The translations under genes and the position numbers were made by a program. The notes under the pieces were generated by a model, which saw only the letters and a list, made by a program, of their open reading frames with translations, did not search any database and was not told where the DNA came from. Of a DNA stretch of 64,000 nt, positions 13,473-24,998 are shown one piece after another. Positions within the stretch are counted from its first letter, which is position 1. Each line of letters opens with the position of its first letter. Source of the DNA: Sphagnum compactum (taxonomy: Eukaryota); contig OZ234493.1 of NCBI GenBank assembly GCA_965153455.1, positions 20,016,213 through 20,080,212 of the forward strand. Reading direction: 5' to 3'.

Positions 13473-14056
13473 TCACCACACTTGTTGCCATCATATCTCC
13501 TCAACTTTACCTTAATCATATAAGCTGCTTTGCTTGCTTCTCCCAAGTTTCAACCTCCCTTTCTTTCCTTTTTTCTTTCTATTTTTCTTTCTTGCTTGCT
13601 TGCTTCCTTCTCCCAAGTTTCAATCTCTTTTGTTCTTTCTTGCTTGTTTTCTTGAGATGACGTATTATTATTAGCTTTTTTTTTTCTTTGCCTTGGCAAT
13701 TTGTCTTGGTGCTGTTGTTGGGTCTTCTTTGGGGATTCTAACTTGCTACCCAAGTTTTAGTCTAGTATGGAATTGATTTTACTGGAGAATTGGGTGGTGC
13801 TGGTTGCCTCCAGCTAGTTTCCATGCGTTGGGGTTGTTTTTGCAGCAGGGTTGACAGCTTTGATGTAAAGTTTGTTTGGGTGGAGGTTTGTTTTGAATAG
13901 TTTTCGCAACTCTTGTTTTCAAGTGTAGAATTGATAGACTCTGCTAGCTCAGCTTCTGAACTAGGCTCAAGATTGGATTTTACTAGCAATTTGCAACCAA
14001 ATGCAAACTTGAGCTACTGGTGAGGGCTGTACAGTTGGTGGTTTGAAGTAACTGCA

Positions 14057-14965
14057 ATGGAGTGTTCAAGGCCAACTCCAGTCATTGCGGCGTTCAGGTT
14101 TCCAAGTGAGCCAGGAACCGGCTCACGCAAACCAAATGCGGGAATGGGTTGGCCTTTGGGGCTGAGGTCTTGTGTGGTAGCGCAGACAACGGGCCCTAGT
14201 CTGGAGAGTACCGTTACTGCTGCGCGGACCTGGTTGCAAGCGCCTCGAGTTGAAGAAGAAGAACAAGCACTGGCTCAACACAACAACATGGGCTTCCATT
14301 TTGCTTCTTTCTCAGATCTAAGCGTGTCATCGGATTCCGACTCCGACTTTCACAGCGAAGCGGCATCGTCTAGCTTCTTCAAAGACTCCAGGAGAATCAC
14401 TCTCGGTAGCCTCATTGGACTTCACATGGAATCCACTTCAGGAAGAGCAGACATGCATTTGGAGACGCGTTACAACAACAACAGACGGATCAGACAGAAC
14501 AGGAGGAGCTTCAGCAGTTTTGCCATGGCTAATAGTTATACCTGTGGGATCCGGGAGCTCCTGGGATGTGCCAACTGCATGCAATTAATTCTGGAAGAGA
14601 ATCTCTCTGAGGGTCTCACACATCCAGCAGAACCAATTGCCTTGACCCAATCTCATGCAGGTTGCTTGGAGATGGAGAGGCATGTTGTAGTATTGGAGGA
14701 TGGAGGCAATCAAGCTGCAACTTCGGGTGGCAGTAGGACTAGCCTGGAATGGAGTGCTAGCCAGTTTGTTTCTTGCAACAATGTTCTGTCAGATGCCCAA
14801 GAATCTCCAGAAAGGTACAGAATTGACCAAGCTCATGATGCAACTCCTTTTTCTAGCTCTACTACCATCTCCACTTCAACAATAAACTCCAGTGCAACAA
14901 GCAGGGTCCAAAGATCTGTAAGCATGAAATCCTTCTTATCTACCATCTGTTGTCATGTACATTGA
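14057..14965 (+). CDS. Uncharacterised plant protein, At3g17950-like (GWPLGL motif; Ser-rich/SFFxDxxITLGSLIG motif), 302 aa, single exon
   Basis: A clean 302-codon ORF with gene-like GC content. Motifs GWPLGLR and SSDSDSDFHSEAASSSFFKDSRRITLGSLIGL resemble, from recollection, the two conserved blocks of the At3g17950 family. A CT-rich leader lies upstream. Confidence 0.75.
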   Translation: MECSRPTPVIAAFRFPSEPGTGSRKPNAGMGWPLGLRSCVVAQTTGPSLESTVTAARTWLQAPRVEEEEQALAQHNNMGFHFASFSDLSVSSDSDSDFHSEAASSSFFKDSRRITLGSLIGLHMESTSGRADMHLETRYNNNRRIRQNRRSFSSFAMANSYTCGIRELLGCANCMQLILEENLSEGLTHPAEPIALTQSHAGCLEMERHVVVLEDGGNQAATSGGSRTSLEWSASQFVSCNNVLSDAQESPERYRIDQAHDATPFSSSTTISTSTINSSATSRVQRSVSMKSFLSTICCHVH

Positions 14966-16327
14966 GTTCTCTTCTGAAGGTGCACAAAATTCCTTCAACA
15001 TGAACCAAGCCACTATGGCTATGGCTCCATGATTCCAGTCCCTTATATGCTACAGTGTGTAACCATAAAAAACTAGCTCAACTAGACCTTATGATGGCAT
15101 CACTGCCAAAAATCAGTATGCAGAAATTCAGACCAGAATAGAGCAACAATGAATGTTGCATTGAGTAGGGTTCTTAGGAAGTACAATCTCTGCTGCCAAT
15201 AATACACTAAGTCCATGAACCTCTGAAGCTATGATACAACCATCCACAAGGATGTTGGTTCAGGGTTAATCCTTTTAAGGAAAGCACGATCATTAGGACC
15301 AATTGACTGGACATCTTTTCTTGTTCTATTGAAGGTCCAGTCCTCTTGGATAGTATGAAGCTATGATAGAGCCTGATTGTACTTGTGGCTTCACTTCTAC
15401 ACAATTGTTTGTGGACTGAAAGTTTCCAAAGTCAGGGAAACAAATGTATCATGTCTTCAAGAACTCTCTTGCATACTAAACTGCTACTCTACTCAAAAGT
15501 GAAGATGCTGTTGAATGCTTGAGCATGTTAACTCATGAATCTGCAACAAGAAGAACATTCACTAGAAGCATGAGTCACCCCATCCATTGAAAGAACAACA
15601 TTGACATATCAATGGGAGGAGTCAAAAAGAGTGAGAAATGGAAGCACGTTAGTTTCCTCATGAGATATGCATAACTTTCCAAGTGCTAGACAGGCTGTGA
15701 ACTGCATCACAGACACTGTAGTACATTCAGGTTCTTTAGAACACTGAAGAAGATCAATGCCCATTAAGCTGCCATTTCATACTGTGCAGTGCCTTCTTTC
15801 AATACAGTAGTCAACATATGTATGCAATATCATATTCATCTTCCAAGCAAATTTACAACCCTAGACCATGGGATGGAACAAGGCAAAAATTCAGACATGA
15901 TCAAGCACAAAACTGTTAGGGCAAGACCTGGAGATCACACCAGAAAGCTCAGTAAATGAGGGAAGGACACAATCTCTCTCTGATTTGCAGAAGCCCCACT
16001 TTTGGAAAATCCTTACATCAAACTCAAATTCTCTAGCTTCTTGAGTACTCGCAGGAGAAATCTAGTAGTCTCTACTTTCAAGCCCACTCTTATGTGTGTA
16101 GTTGGAAGACATCTGCGAAACTGCATCAAAACAATACCCAAGAGTGCAAAGCAGATTTCCCAGACACAGAAACTGATCTCAAGATCTTGCACCAGACCTC
16201 AGACCAGGTGCCAAGTACTTCCATCTGCACACCTTGATCAAACTGCAGTCCATCATACCTGAACAGGACATTCAGTGTCTATCACCAATCCCCAGCACTG
16301 CAATGCAGATGTTCAGGAATCACAAAC

Positions 16328-19236
16328 TTAAGTTGTCAGGATCTCTGGCAGGGAGCTGGACAAAGTGCCAAGTATTTTTGCCTGGGAGTCTGGGAAATTT
16401 TCCATGCCTGGAACTGCAGACACAGCACCATCACTCCCCACAGCCACTGGGTATGTCAACAAATGACCAGGTAGGTTCACAACCTCTTCTCCTGCAAAAA
16501 GATCCCAGAGCTGGTCACCAATCCTGTTCACCTTGCGTATACATTCCACGCTCCAGGGCTGCAGAAATGAGTTGTCCAATCTCCCCATATGCTCATACCA
16601 TAGACCCATCCGGAAACCATGAATGTGGGAACGGGGAGGTTTATGCACTGCTAGGTGGAAAGGTTGGTATGCACCCATTGCAATTTCAGAATCACGAGCT
16701 CCATCCATAGACCGCTGGTTGATGTTGGCTGATCCTATGATAATGTACTCATCATCCACTGGAAAAAGATGCAGAAATCATCAGCATTATTGCTGGAGTG
16801 AATCCACGAGTATTTTGCTAAGGAGAACTGCAAAGAGCATTTAAAAATTAGAGTGGAAATGCAGTTGAAAAGCTGGAAAATAGACATTCAAGTCTCTCAC
16901 CAATCATCATCTTGGCATGCACATAGATCATGAAGCGGCGGTTTTCCTGCGCATTTTTGTAGTGGCTGTTATCTTCCGGGCTCTGTGTAGGCACATACTC
17001 ACCCTCTGTCTTTGTCTCCCGGTTTCCTAGACAGAAAAAGGTCAGATAATCTTTTGGGCTTTGATCCTCAATTTGCTGTGCATTCAAAGCATTTGCAATC
17101 TCTTTGTACATCATCTCCATCGTGCGCCTCTGCCAGTCAAGGATAGCCTGAACAGACCCACTATCAGGCACACCTTCAGGCCACATTGGTACCACAACAT
17201 AGACGGCAAATCGTTCCCCTGCCTCAATTTTGCTCACAATCTTGCGAGTCAGTTCCATGGGGATCAGATGCAAGGCTCCAGCATCCTGTTCCCCATCCCA
17301 ACCAAAACAGCTGCCTAGAAAGTACTGATTCTCAATGTAGATGAAGTCTTTTGCACGCCTGATTGCATTGATGTATGCATCCTGTATACTGCGGTCAATT
17401 GTATTGTCTTTCCCACTCACTAGCCCTGCCTTTGCTGCATCCTCTGGAGATTCTGGAAACCCAAATGCTGCACCTGTATCCACAAGTAAACCAAGTCATT
17501 AGGCAACATCTTGCACAGCACAAAACATTACACAGAACAACGACATTCATCGCTGCTTTGCAAATAAGTTTGTCACACTAGTCAACTGGGCAATTGAGGA
17601 TAAGAGAATATGCCTGCATCAATGGAGCGGAAGAGCTGCACATGCCAAGTGTCAGGATCATTCTCAGCCGTAACTGCAGAAGGAGGATCGATGCTTGGGA
17701 TGTCACGGATCGGAATCAGCAGAGACGCCCGGCTGTCACCAGCCTGCTTTTGCCAGCGCTGCTCAAAATTGAAGAGCACATCCCATGCAACAGGGCCCTC
17801 AATCCGGCAATGGATGTCATGCCATGGCTCTCGAGGTCCACCTTTCTCAATGCAGGCACCTGGGAAGTTAGGCTGGTGAAAATCCTTGTTGTGGACATCA
17901 TTCAGTGTCCGGAAGAGAGAGTGATGCTGGTTGTCATAGCGACCATCGCAAAGATCAATACCACCAACAAAGCTCAAAATCCTCCTCTGTCCAGAGCTGG
18001 ACCCAGGTACAGCTGCATCCACTATGATGGTTTTCTGGTGGTGAGTGAACATGGTACCAATGGTCATGCCCTGGACAATGCTCAGACTGTCATCTGGGTT
18101 TCGGGGGCATAGGTAACAGTTCACATTGGTATTTTCAAAGTAATCCCTAGTATCTTCATCATGGGTTGCCATCAACCCAGTTTCATGTAGATATTCTACA
18201 GAGGTTTTGTCATCCCAAACCAGGAGGTTCACTCTCACACCCTCATCAGCCTTTTTCTTCAGGAGCTCTCCCAATGTTACACCTTCAGAGCCTGGGATTG
18301 GCCGTCTTGGGTCTTGAACAAGGAGAATCTGAGTGTAAACTGACCAACCAGTGATGTAGATTAAATGGCGGGCATTGCTGATGGCCTCAAAGACATCCTC
18401 CCAGCAGTGAGTGGGCTGTCGGATCCTGTTTCCTGCTTGATATATGGGTGGCAGGAATCCATCAGCCATGTGTGAATCCTGATACAATGTCACCTTGCAC
18501 CCCTTCCGTTGTGGAAAATAGCAGTATGGCACACCCAGGTACCGTGCATCTCTGATACCCAGGCCCCAGTGAGCATCATGTGAAGCTTCAAAGAACTGAA
18601 GACGAAAGCGGATACGGCTCTCACCAAGCTGACTATCATTCTTGAAGAGAGGATACCAATCTTCTACCACACTCTCAGATAGTAACTCTTCTGCAGGCAC
18701 CTTTGCTCGGCCTATGAGTGCAGAGCCCAAAATGGCTGCATCCTTAATTGATATTTGCACGTCTGTGACACTATGGGCACAGTAGATCCGGAACGACTCA
18801 TTCCACACAGGGTCCACAGGCTCCCCTTTGAGGACCCGTGTGCGCCCAACTCTTGCTGGTCCAAGATCAACAGTAGCATAGTACTGGCTGGCACCCTTTC
18901 CAATGCCAATTACCTCTTGTGTTGACTCCAGAAACTGTAACCAGAGATTTCCCAAGAGATCAGCATGCAGAAACTGTAGAAGAGAGAATTTCCAACCCTA
19001 GACACACCTGCAGTAGTAGCTGATTGTGTGAAATGAACAGTGCAAACTTTGGATAGATCCAGCACATACAAGGCCATGTTACAAAGCAATTCTCCCTTAA
19101 CAAAGAAGCTTAGCCATATGAATCACACCCTTCTGAAAAATGCAGGTGCCCCGCCTGTTGTCCGCTCTGTATTGATGATGTTTTGTGCCTCATAGATAGT
19201 AACATGCAGTGTCCCGTGCAGGAGATAGCTCGCCAT
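16328..19236 (-). CDS. PLDalpha1: Phospholipase D alpha (C2-PLD), 810 aa, 4 coding exons
   Basis: Exons 19236-19129 ([17 protein letters not shown]...FRR), 18934-17614, 17473-16901 and 16758-16328 total 2433 nt, or 810 aa plus stop. Features are a C2 domain, HKD1 [31 protein letters not shown]2 [23 protein letters not shown] and C-terminal LPEILTT. Introns 1 and 3 are GT-AG and intron 2 is GC-AG. Confidence 0.96.
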
Positions 19237-19255
19237 TGTCCCCTTCTTCCTAAAC

Positions 19256-19509
19256 CTGTAAAATCTAGCGCAACTTCAGAAGAATCTAAAGTGTAAAGAT
19301 TCAGAACAGGCCATGCAACTCCACAGATAGCCACATTTAAAAGTCCTTAGCCAGAGCCATCCAAGAGCCAGGCTTCTCCTCCCAGTCCTCCACAGAGTTA
19401 TCTCTCAGCTTAGGACACACTCCAGAAAATCACAAAAAGGTAAAACCCAAAAAATGAATTCCTGTGAGCCAAGAAAAATCCTGGCAGATAACAATCCTGA
19501 CACTCTGCT

Positions 19510-19546
<37 letters not shown>

Positions 19547-19894
19547 GTCCATCTCCTCTTTTCTTCCCTCTCTTAAAGACCATTGGGTTTGGAAAAATCT
19601 GCAACTAGATTTCTGTCATATATTTAACAGAAGGGACAGAAAAACCTATTTATGCAACTAAATCTCACACTCATACAAATCTGACCCGCTCTCATCACTC
19701 CCTTTCTCGAAGTTCCCTTCTCCTCCTTCTCTTCGGCTGGACCCTCTTTTCAAACCCAAAATGCAAAGAACACACACAAACAACATGAGAGTAACAAGCA
19801 AAACAAGACCTCATGTCATCAACACAAACAAAACCCAACAAAACAACAAAAAAGAATGAAAAAAAAAAAAAAAAACCAACAACAAATTGCTCAC
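19256..19894 (-). other. Putative 5'-UTR intron of PLD alpha containing a (GA)n microsatellite
   Basis: Donor CAAG|GTGAGC at 19894 and acceptor TTTTACAG ending at 19256, 19 nt upstream of the ATG. (CT)n on the + strand at about 19513-19545. Confidence 0.55.
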
Positions 19895-20648
19895 CTTGAT
19901 TAATATGCAACTAGTAGCTCGTTGGCTGTGTCTGAGAGCCCTGCCTCCGGTGCACCACAACAACAGATTCTTGTATTCAGGACTGCTTCTTTGCGTGCCG
20001 CTGCTGCTGATGGTGGAATGGTAGAGAGCTGAAAGCAATGCGCGTCACAAAACAAAACAGAAGAAACCAATTTGGGCACACTCCATTGCACTATAAATGA
20101 GACACCAACTTGCACCGCAAATGACAAGAAGAAACTGTTATGCAGTTTCTTCTGCTGATGAATGATTCTGCTTCCGTCCTTTGCTCCGTTGTCCATGTTT
20201 TAAGGGCCACCTGAGTTTTCATCTTTCTCACCAAACTTTTTACCCCTGCCAACCCCCATAACTATAACCAGGGGTTTGTTTAGCTCGCTAGCTCGCTAGC
20301 TATTGTTCTATGGAGTGAACCTTTGGTACCTACACTGGTACCACGGTAAAAGCCCCAAAGTTTTTTGGGTTTGTTCATGAACATTATCTATATATCGCCA
20401 TAGTGAATAAGTGGAGAAAATTCCTATAAAATTTTTTTTATTTTTATGAAAATTTTTATGAAAATTTATTTTTATTTAATGGAAATTTTTCAGGGTCTCC
20501 TAGTGCAGTTTTCAGCGTTTCCCCAGTTAATACAGCCACTTAGAGAGGCCTTCATCAAGGAGGTGAGTTAGTTGTAGGTACTGGGTGGGCTATGAACCAT
20601 GAACCTGTACCTACACTCTCGTACTTTCTTGACTAAGGCCTCTTGTTA

Positions 20649-21012
20649 GGCCCACTTTACACAAGGAGTCAAGGCCAAGGTTCAACTCAAATCAAGCATT
20701 CCTATTGGTGCAAAAGTTGAAATCAGCCCCAAGGGCTTTCTTTACACTAGGAGTCAAGAAAAACTCTTTTCAATCTGCCCCAAGTTACTAATAAATGCTG
20801 AACTTTATGGCCTTGTATTGGCCCCCAGGCTACAAAAAGGATACCAACGAATTTGGGAAGCCAATTTGTAACCCTTGGGGGGCTAAGGTTCCTCCATCTA
20901 TTAATATCCTGATGTCAATGTTCTAGCATTTATTAGTAACTTGGGGCCAAACAACAAGCCAAAATTGCTCAAAGGTTGGCCCCCAGTTTTTACTCCTAGT
21001 CTAAAGAGGGCA
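20649..21012. mobile_element. PIF/Harbinger Tourist-like MITE with TTA TSD
   Basis: TIR GCCCACTTTACACAAGGAGTCAA matches the reverse complement of the right end, GCCCTCTTTAGACTAGGAGTAAA, at 19/23. TTA flanks both sides. There is an internal perfect 23-bp inverted repeat (20777-20799 / 20925-20947). Confidence 0.75.
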
Positions 21013-21084
21013 TTAATAGGCTATATTTAACACAGGAAATGTTAAACTTGGACTTGCCAACCTCGATTTTGTTGGAGAAAGGAA

Positions 21085-21563
21085 TCTTATATATAAATTC
21101 ACTACGTCCCTGACGGAGCTCGGGTTTCAGGCCGGCCGGGCCCGGCGCTAATCGGAGGGCGGAATTTCCTGTTCCCAGTCTGTGGGCAAAGCTATTGGAG
21201 GAAATTAGGTTACGACATTCTAGCGCGGAACGGAGACCCGGGATAGCCGACGTCAAGAACGGGGTGCCGGGCCGGGTCCGGTCCGGACTGTGTGTGACGG
21301 AGCTCGGCAACTTTTGCTCCACAGAACACCCACTGAGGGAAGTTATCAGCAGTCACTTTTCGGAAAGTTTTTGGTATGGTCGTTGCTGATTTTGGGTGCT
21401 GTAGCTGTGCAAGATTACAGAACGGATCCCGAGCATTAATTAGCATTAAATGATGACGGTCCTACTCAGGCTATAGCATTTTTAAAAAATTAAAAATATG
21501 GCGAATTTAGTAAAACAATGCAGGGGCGCCTCACAGTGACCAAAGGTCGCGGGTACCCACTAG
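21085..21563 (+). mobile_element. Non-autonomous Helitron (479 bp)
   Basis: 5' end A|TCTTATATATAAA and 3' end CTAG|T, i.e. inserted into an AT dinucleotide without a TSD. Subterminal hairpin GTGACC-AAA-GGTCGC (21536-21550) lies 9 nt before CTAG. Confidence 0.8.
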
Positions 21564-21569
21564 TATTTC

Positions 21570-22450
21570 TAATGTTTACTAAGCAAACCAAACAAAGAAT
21601 TGGGGAAAGACCCCCTTGAAGGGGAGGGAGGCAGTAGCCCCATCAAACATTAAAGAAATTCAAGAAATACAAGGGGGGCAAGAAGCACCACACGATGGTG
21701 ATGCAATCAACCCCAAAGATGCCTAAGTGACACCATTCCGCCCTAAAGGCTTGATCAATCCTAGCTTGAATACTAGGGTCCCGGGTGGACCGAAGGGAAT
21801 TAATGGCCTTCCAAGTGGCCATTCCAACCTCAACGATAGCTACCCAGGCTTGCTGAAGGATTTTCCTAAAGGAATACTGGTTATCAAAATGCTTCCGACA
21901 TCTCTCCGTCCAAAAGAAGTAGAGGATAAAACTGCGAAGGATGTCAAGCGGTTGCATGATGTAGGAGAAGCCTCCTACATGGTACCCTTGGACCCGGGGG
22001 GGGGGGTCATCTTCTCTCTCGAAAACAGCTTCACCCAGCATGACGAATGGCCAGGAAAGAGTGATGTCATTGGGCGCTCCCCATTTTTGCCAGATGTGAT
22101 AGAAGGCCTCCCAAGCCCGTTTGGCGAGAGGACACTCAAGAATACAGTGTTGAGGGGATTCAGGGGCCTCCTCTGTGCAAACCTTGCACGTGGGGAGGAT
22201 CCCCATGCATTGTAGCCATGTGCCAACCGGGAGGCCCCGGTTTAAAGTGAGCCATATGAGAGTGTCGACCTTCTGGGGTCGGGCGTTATGCCAGATTCTG
22301 GCCATAACTTGGGTGACGATGGAGTTTTACAGCCGCTTTGGGAGGAGGCTTGCCAGTGCCACTCTCCCAGGTCCCAGGGAAACCCATCAATGAAACCGGA
22401 TTCGAAAATCCAGAGTAGTTGGAGCTTGGTGACAAGGGGGAGGGGGGAGG
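21570..22450 (-). mobile_element. 5'-truncated L1-type LINE (ORF2 C-terminus, zf-RVT domain)
   Basis: ORF 21643-22305 gives IWHNARPQKVDTLIWLTLNRGLPVG...CKVCTEEAPESPQHCILECPLAKRAW...FWTERC, the typical zinc-binding region downstream of LINE RT. Confidence 0.88.
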
Positions 22451-23009
22451 GAATTTACCATGGTACGAGTGTGGGTGCTAGTTTAGGCAAGGCCTAGGGT
22501 AACTAGCCCATGTCTAAAATCCGAAAAATAAGTACCACAAGGTTTTGTGGAAAAATGATTATAGAGCCATTGAGGAATATGGAACATACCCAGTCCACTT
22601 AGAAAGTAAGTGCACCCAGTAGGGAAATTGTGCATTTTGTAAAGTGGCAAAACAAGTCTACCAGGGCTTGTTAAGTGTGTCTCCAGTCTCCACTATTGAT
22701 CCAGATTAATGAATATTAGATCTGTAGTATAATCGGCATCTCTGGGGTCATGGGAACTAATTAGCCTGCCTACATAGTGGAATCAATCAGCAAACTGCCG
22801 CAATCCTACTTGGGGAAAGACCCAGACCCACCGAACACAAAGTACCAGAGAAAACCCTCAAAACCAGTTCCCAAATGTGAAGAACTGGACAGACTTTATT
22901 GCAAGAGAAGACGAACAAGGAGGAAGAAAGTAGAAGGGCCCTGAGCCATAGTTACCAAACAGTTGGAGTCTGAAGTCCTAGTTGAATGACCAACAAGTCT
23001 ATTTTCCAA

Positions 23010-23049
23010 TGTACTATTGTGTACTATTATGTACTATTTTGTACTATTA
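23010..23049 (+). repeat. 10-bp tandem repeat (TGTACTATTN) x4
   Basis: Read directly: tgtactattg tgtactatta tgtactattt tgtactatta. Confidence 0.9.
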
Positions 23050-23789
23050 GGTCTTGGACTCACCAATGTTTGGGGTGTAAGTAAGGTCCATCCTTCACTT
23101 ATGGTTATCAATGATGATTGGAACACTAGCTAGCCAACCTCTTTCTCTTTGGGAAATTGCACTTCTGTTGACACTAAAAACATGGCATAAAATAAATTTT
23201 CATCAGCTATGCACATTTAGAGTATACATCAGCATATTTTGTGTTACCTATCATGGAGTTTTTTACTTTTACATTCATCAATTGAAAGGTTTTATTATGT
23301 CCTAAGTGTGAATGAGTAGGGTAAACTCTTGAGGAGTGTGGGCTTCCCAAAATATTTGCTTGTCTGAAGCAGAGCCAAGGGGTACTTATTTTGAGAACAC
23401 CTTGCTTCAAGTGCATTAAACAATATAAAGCACCAGCTTAATTTTTTTTTTAAACTTCATTTTTCCTATGGTACCCAATAGATGCCAGGGAAAAAGAAAA
23501 GGAAAAATTGAAATGGCCTCCAAAGGGGGGCTCAAAACACCTCACCCTCGGTGGTGGAGGAAAACTCCCACTCCACAATGTGCCCTTCAGATACAACTAG
23601 AAATTTTCTGGGGCTGCTTTACACCTCAGTTATCACCTACCCACATCCCCACCTACCACCAGCAATCTCCATTTTCCTTGCACTTGCAGAAATGGGATAT
23701 GGCCCGGTGAAATCTTTGACACCTGGAATGCACTCTTTACTTCTGATCAACAAAAATCTTCTACACCTGGGATGCATTCTTTGTATGGA

Positions 23790-24330
23790 ATAAATAAATA
23801 AATAAATAAATAAAAGAAAAACACCTGGCAAGGGAACAAGAGAAGAAAAAAGAAAGGACCAAAGTCCAAACAAAAGACCACACCCGAAAGTGCAGAATGC
23901 ACATTCTTTACTTCGGATCAACTTTGTTGCAACAACGAGGAAGAAGTGGAAAGACCCAAGTCCTTGGATCAATTGCCAGCAGCAACTAAAGTCAAGTCCA
24001 GTCGGCAGTGCCTGATGATGCCGGGTCTCCTTGAGGCCCAGCTGAAGCAGCACCTACACTGGTGGTACCTTCCAGTGTTGGTTGGTTTTTGGTTTTTTGT
24101 TTTTTCCAAAGACAACTTCCAGTCTCAGTTTTGACCTTTGAAAAGAAGTTTTTCGCTTCTAGTTTTGAGCCTGCTTTTTCAAATATTTAGTCCTAGTTAC
24201 AATAGCCGGTGATTTTAAATAAATCAATCAATAAGTAAAGGAAAAACACCCAGTGAGAGAACATGAGAAGAAAAAAAAAAAGGATCGAAATCCAAACAAA
24301 AGACCACACCTGAAAGACCAGAACACATAT
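23790..24330. repeat. Pair of about 115-bp direct repeats (about 23790-23905 and 24217-24330)
   Basis: Both copies read (aaat)n...gaaaaacacc...gagaagaaaaaa...tccaaacaaaagaccacacc.gaaag. Confidence 0.8.
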
Positions 24331-24565
24331 TGCATTAAAATTACAATTTGATATTAGCCTTCATGTATGTATATATATGTAGATATAATTTATTTTAATG
24401 ATAAATAAGACAAAAATTGTTGCACTATATTGAAGAATCCGATGTTTGATATATATTTAATTACATTTTTAAAAATGCAAATACAAGAAAATGTTTGTCT
24501 TATTTTTACATAATTTGAGCTTTGTGTTGTGATCGCTATTAGTGACAATCAATTATTTTTTCCCT

Positions 24566-24998
24566 TATGTTTTCATATGGTTTATAATGATTCATAATTA
24601 TTTATGTCAATGTCAAATTTAATTTTATATTAATATACATTTCATGGACATGAAAAGACATATGTTAATTTGTTTTTTCATATCCATGTTGGTGAATAAG
24701 GAAAAGAATGAAGTAGTTATTTCTGAAGTTGTCTTTGGAATGGTCCATGGACAACCATACGAAGGATTTCAAAAAATCCTTCATATATTGATTTTGATTA
24801 TTCATCATTGAAATCAACTATGAAATTAATTAATCTGGGTTCCACATAGCTACATATTACCAATGAAAATTAATTATTTTAATTTTTGTATGTTTTCATA
24901 TGGTTTTAAATAATTCATCATTGGTTATGTCAATGTAAAGTTTAATTTGTTTTTTCATATCCACGTTGGTGGGTAAGGAAAAGGAGTGAGGTAGTTAT
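24566..24998. repeat. Direct duplication (24566-24720 and 24889-24998; second copy internally deleted)
   Basis: Shared tatgttttcatatggttt...tatgtcaatgt...tgttttttcatatcca.gttggtg..taaggaaaag...gtagttat. Confidence 0.75.

Noticed and set aside
15215..15405. H/ACA snoRNA-like hairpins with a 13-bp direct repeat TGAAGCTATGATA
   Set aside because: An ANANNA and an ACA are present, but the pocket-to-box spacing and stems do not fit convincingly.
16002..18354. Plus-strand ORFs of 62-172 aa overlapping PLD
   Set aside because: Antisense shadows of a conserved coding region with no recognisable motifs.
24008..24054. Hammerhead ribozyme or C/D box RNA (CTGATGA-stem-CTGA)
   Set aside because: It lacks the GAAA core and stem III, and it is too short for a snoRNA.
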